A stretch of 24,000 bases of DNA. Origin: Acidobacteriota bacterium. GTDB lineage: Bacteria > Acidobacteriota > Blastocatellia > Pyrinomonadales > Pyrinomonadaceae. This document shows, piece by piece, positions 21,358-24,000 of this stretch; within the stretch, counting starts at the first letter, position 1, and each line of letters opens with the position of its first letter. Below the pieces are notes generated by a model. The model was given only the letters and a program-made list of their open reading frames with translations. It was not told the DNA's origin and did no database searches. Both the position numbers and the translations under genes were made by a program. The stretch is from contig JAOAPY010000011.1 in assembly GCA_025463135.1 (NCBI GenBank), positions 190,024 through 214,023 on the forward strand, in the 5' to 3' direction.

Positions 21358-24000
21358 GTGTTAGCATCGGCGCGTGTTTTGAGAAACAAGGCGCGCCTCG
21401 TTGTCGATTATCGCTTTTCGCCGACTTACGCCCGCCGATCGATCCTGGAGGTTCGTTCGTTTTTGCGCGTTGCTTCTCGCCTCTGCCATACCCGTCCCTT
21501 AATTTTGATCGCGTTTGCGAGCGTCGTGATCTGCCTTGCGACGATTGACGGTTTTCCTCAAAATACAAATCCCGTCGATCGCAAAGTCACCAATCCCATG
21601 ACGGACACGCCGAACGTGAATCCGCTGACGCAGGATCAGCCGATCCCGGCGCGCACACCAGCGAAGAAAGGTGAGGCCCCACAGGTCACCGACCGCCTCA
21701 CGGTTGATGCGCAAAAATCCACTGAGATTGGAAAAGAGAAAGGCGAGCGCATCGTCGTGCACGAAGGCAATGTCGATGCGCGCATCGGCACCTATCGGTT
21801 GCAAGCCGACAAGGTGACCGTCTATGAAGCGACCAACAGAGTCGTAGCCGAAGGCAACGTGGTTTTCGATCAGGGCGAACAGCAACGCATCACCGGATCG
21901 CGCGCCGAGTGGAACTATAAAACCAAGACCGGCTTTTTTATCAACTCTACCGGATTCACCAACCAGACGCAGGATGGCACGCGGCTTTACTTCACGGCTG
22001 ACCGCGTTGAACGAGTCAGTCTCGACACCATCATTGCTGAGAATGCGCAGATCACCGCCTGTGATGAAAACGTTCCCAAGTGGAGCTTTCACGCCAAGCG
22101 CGTGAAGATCAAAACCGGCGATCGCGCGCGCCTGGTGTCGACGAGCTTTCGCATCAAAGGCCTTCCCGTTATCTACCTGCCATACGCTTCGATCTCGATC
22201 AAGCATCGCGACCGCGCCTCAGGTTTCCTGACTCCGACTTTTGGCGGTTCGGGCGCCAAGGGCTTTCGCGTTTCCGAAGGTTATTATTTGACGTTGGGGC
22301 GCTCGGCCGACATTACGTTTCGTGGCGATGTTTACACCCAGCGTGGACTGGGCTTTGGCACGGATCTGAGAACGCGGGCGAACTCTCGGTCGTTTTTCAA
22401 CGCGGGATTCTTTTATGTAAAGGACCGCATCCTGGGTCCGCATGCTGACGCGGCCCATCCCGATCAGGGCGGCTCCAGTTTCTATGTTGAGGGTGTTCAT
22501 TATTTCCCCAACGGCTTTACGGCGGCGGCGGATGTGAATGTCACCTCGAACCTGGCGTATCGACAGGTTTTCTCGGACTCGATTCAGCAGGCGATTTCTC
22601 CTGAAGAACGGTCGCAGGTTTTTGTAAACAAAGATCATAAAGATTACAGCTTCAACTTTCTGGCCCGCGCCCAGGTTACTTCATTACCGAACACGCGCAT
22701 CCGTATCCGCGAGATGCCCAGCGTCACTATCGACAAGCGGCCTTCGCCGCTCAGCTTTTTCAAAAAACTTCCCGTTTATTTTTCTTTTGAAGGCGGCGCC
22801 GAGGGAGTCAGCCGCAAAGAGACCACTGACGATTTGATTGCGTTTCGCAGAGACGTTGGCCGCGACCCGATGATCTCGCCTTCAATGGTCCAACGCCTTG
22901 ATTTTCATCCACGCGTCGAGGTGCCGTTTAGTTTTTCCGGCTGGAACCTGACCGGCAGTGCGGCGGGACGGGTTACGTTTTATTCCGATTCTGTCGATCC
23001 CACGTTGCAGATGGTAACGAACCGCAACCTGATGCGGAGTTACGGCGAGTTTGAAGTCGATCTGCGGCCACCGTCACTCGCGCGTAATTATCATCGCAAC
23101 AACGGCTCGTTTTTCTTTCGCCACTTGATCGAACCTTATCTCATTTACCGGCGCATAGTCGGCGTCAATGATTTTGATCGCGTGATTAGGTTCGACTATG
23201 TCGAGGCAGTTGCCGATACAAACGAGATTGAGTTTGGCCTGGCGAACCGTTTCTTCACGCGCCGCTCAACTGAGAATGTGAGCGCCGCCGCCAAAAAGAA
23301 AGCTGCGCAGGACGGAGCAAAGGGATCGAAAGCCACGCAGCCTTACGAAGCGCTTACCATCACTGTGAGAGGGAAATACTTCTTCGATCGCTTCTTTGGC
23401 GGCGCCTTGAAGCCGGGCCAGCGCAATCAGTTTTATCCCATCGACACATTGTCGGGGTTCAGCTACGGCGGTGTGCCGCGACGCTTTTCACCTTTGAACA
23501 TTGATGCGCGTTATCGTCCGCGCGCCGATGTGTTCCTGGACTTTCGCACCGACCTGGATACGCACGGTGGCAGCATGCGAGCAATGTCGGCAACCTTTGG
23601 CGTGAATCGTTCGCTGGTCCAGGCCTTTCAGACTTTCTATTACACACGAGCAATTGCGTTGGTGCCGAACCTGGCCCAATACGCGGACGCGCGCGGCAAA
23701 GAGGCCGGCACGTTGCGAGGCTCGCAGTGGAGCCCGTCGATATTTATCGGCGATCGCGCGAAGGGCTTGTACGGCGGTGCGTCGTTTTTCTTTGATTTTC
23801 AGGATCGACCAGGCAAAGGGAATACGTCGCTGATTAGCTCGACCGTGACCCTCGGATATAGCTGGGACTGCTGCGCGGTAACGGCCCAGAACTCAACGTT
23901 TAATGTGGGACTCAGAAAAGAGAATCGGTTGCTCTTCAGTTTCCGCTTGAACGGTATCGGCAGTTTCGGTACAGAACAGATTGGCCAGCGGTTCCGGTAG
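21358..24000 (+). CDS. lptD: LPS-assembly outer-membrane protein LptD (OstA)
   Basis: OstA_N-like region: VHEGNVDARIGTYRLQADKVTVYEATNRVVAEGNVVFDQGEQQRITGSRAEWNYKTKTGFF. A long beta-barrel OstA_C-like region follows (GFLTPTFGGSGAKGFRVSEGYYLTLG...). The TAG stop is at 23998-24000. The true start is probably TTG 21463, which has GGAGG upstream and gives the signal peptide MRVASRLCHTRPLILIAFASVVICLA. Confidence 0.88.
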   Translation: MLASARVLRNKARLVVDYRFSPTYARRSILEVRSFLRVASRLCHTRPLILIAFASVVICLATIDGFPQNTNPVDRKVTNPMTDTPNVNPLTQDQPIPARTPAKKGEAPQVTDRLTVDAQKSTEIGKEKGERIVVHEGNVDARIGTYRLQADKVTVYEATNRVVAEGNVVFDQGEQQRITGSRAEWNYKTKTGFFINSTGFTNQTQDGTRLYFTADRVERVSLDTIIAENAQITACDENVPKWSFHAKRVKIKTGDRARLVSTSFRIKGLPVIYLPYASISIKHRDRASGFLTPTFGGSGAKGFRVSEGYYLTLGRSADITFRGDVYTQRGLGFGTDLRTRANSRSFFNAGFFYVKDRILGPHADAAHPDQGGSSFYVEGVHYFPNGFTAAADVNVTSNLAYRQVFSDSIQQAISPEERSQVFVNKDHKDYSFNFLARAQVTSLPNTRIRIREMPSVTIDKRPSPLSFFKKLPVYFSFEGGAEGVSRKETTDDLIAFRRDVGRDPMISPSMVQRLDFHPRVEVPFSFSGWNLTGSAAGRVTFYSDSVDPTLQMVTNRNLMRSYGEFEVDLRPPSLARNYHRNNGSFFFRHLIEPYLIYRRIVGVNDFDRVIRFDYVEAVADTNEIEFGLANRFFTRRSTENVSAAAKKKAAQDGAKGSKATQPYEALTITVRGKYFFDRFFGGALKPGQRNQFYPIDTLSGFSYGGVPRRFSPLNIDARYRPRADVFLDFRTDLDTHGGSMRAMSATFGVNRSLVQAFQTFYYTRAIALVPNLAQYADARGKEAGTLRGSQWSPSIFIGDRAKGLYGGASFFFDFQDRPGKGNTSLISSTVTLGYSWDCCAVTAQNSTFNVGLRKENRLLFSFRLNGIGSFGTEQIGQRFR

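Noticed and set aside
21499-22638. 235-aa and 139-aa minus-strand ORFs and a 122-aa plus-strand ORF within lptD
   Set aside because: They overlap the OstA_N/OstA_C coding frame, which carries clear LptD motifs. They have no independent support.

Overview
This is a 24 kb chromosomal window from a Gram-negative bacterium. The gene content and repeat families look Acidobacteriota-like, but that placement is inference only.

The left part holds housekeeping genes: a partial DAGK-like lipid kinase, transketolase, a multi-zinc-ribbon protein, L-threonine aldolase and tRNA-Gln(CUG).

The right part is an LPS/lipid A neighbourhood of lpxA, lpxD, lpxB and lptD. It also holds a GT-C membrane glycosyltransferase plus a SAM methyltransferase, bracketed by two copies of a composite palindromic repeat.

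Two accessory blocks lie between these parts.
(1) A minus-strand set of four genes at 5602-10882. A large radical SAM enzyme that I recognise as Tes/GDGT-MAS (MJ0619)-like and a second, smaller radical SAM enzyme bracket two paralogous secreted proteins of unknown function.
(2) A tightly linked plus-strand pair at 11255-14892. It encodes a stand-alone SIR2_2-type (NADase-like) protein followed 17 nt later by a 903-aa nSTAND-type P-loop NTPase, a single transmembrane helix and a 7-blade WD40 propeller. This pair is the best candidate for an undescribed conflict or signalling system. It combines an Avs/DSR-like effector with a STAND switch, but the two are split into separate genes and the sensor is predicted to be extracytoplasmic.

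Several structured intergenic elements recur across the window. They include a family of palindromes centred on CTTCAG/CTGAAG, a CTGCCRGCC...GGCSGGCAG module and a 30-nt-arm inverted repeat.

No CRISPR array, transposase, integrase or rRNA was seen. All calls rest on reading the sequence and ORF translations by eye; no searches were run.
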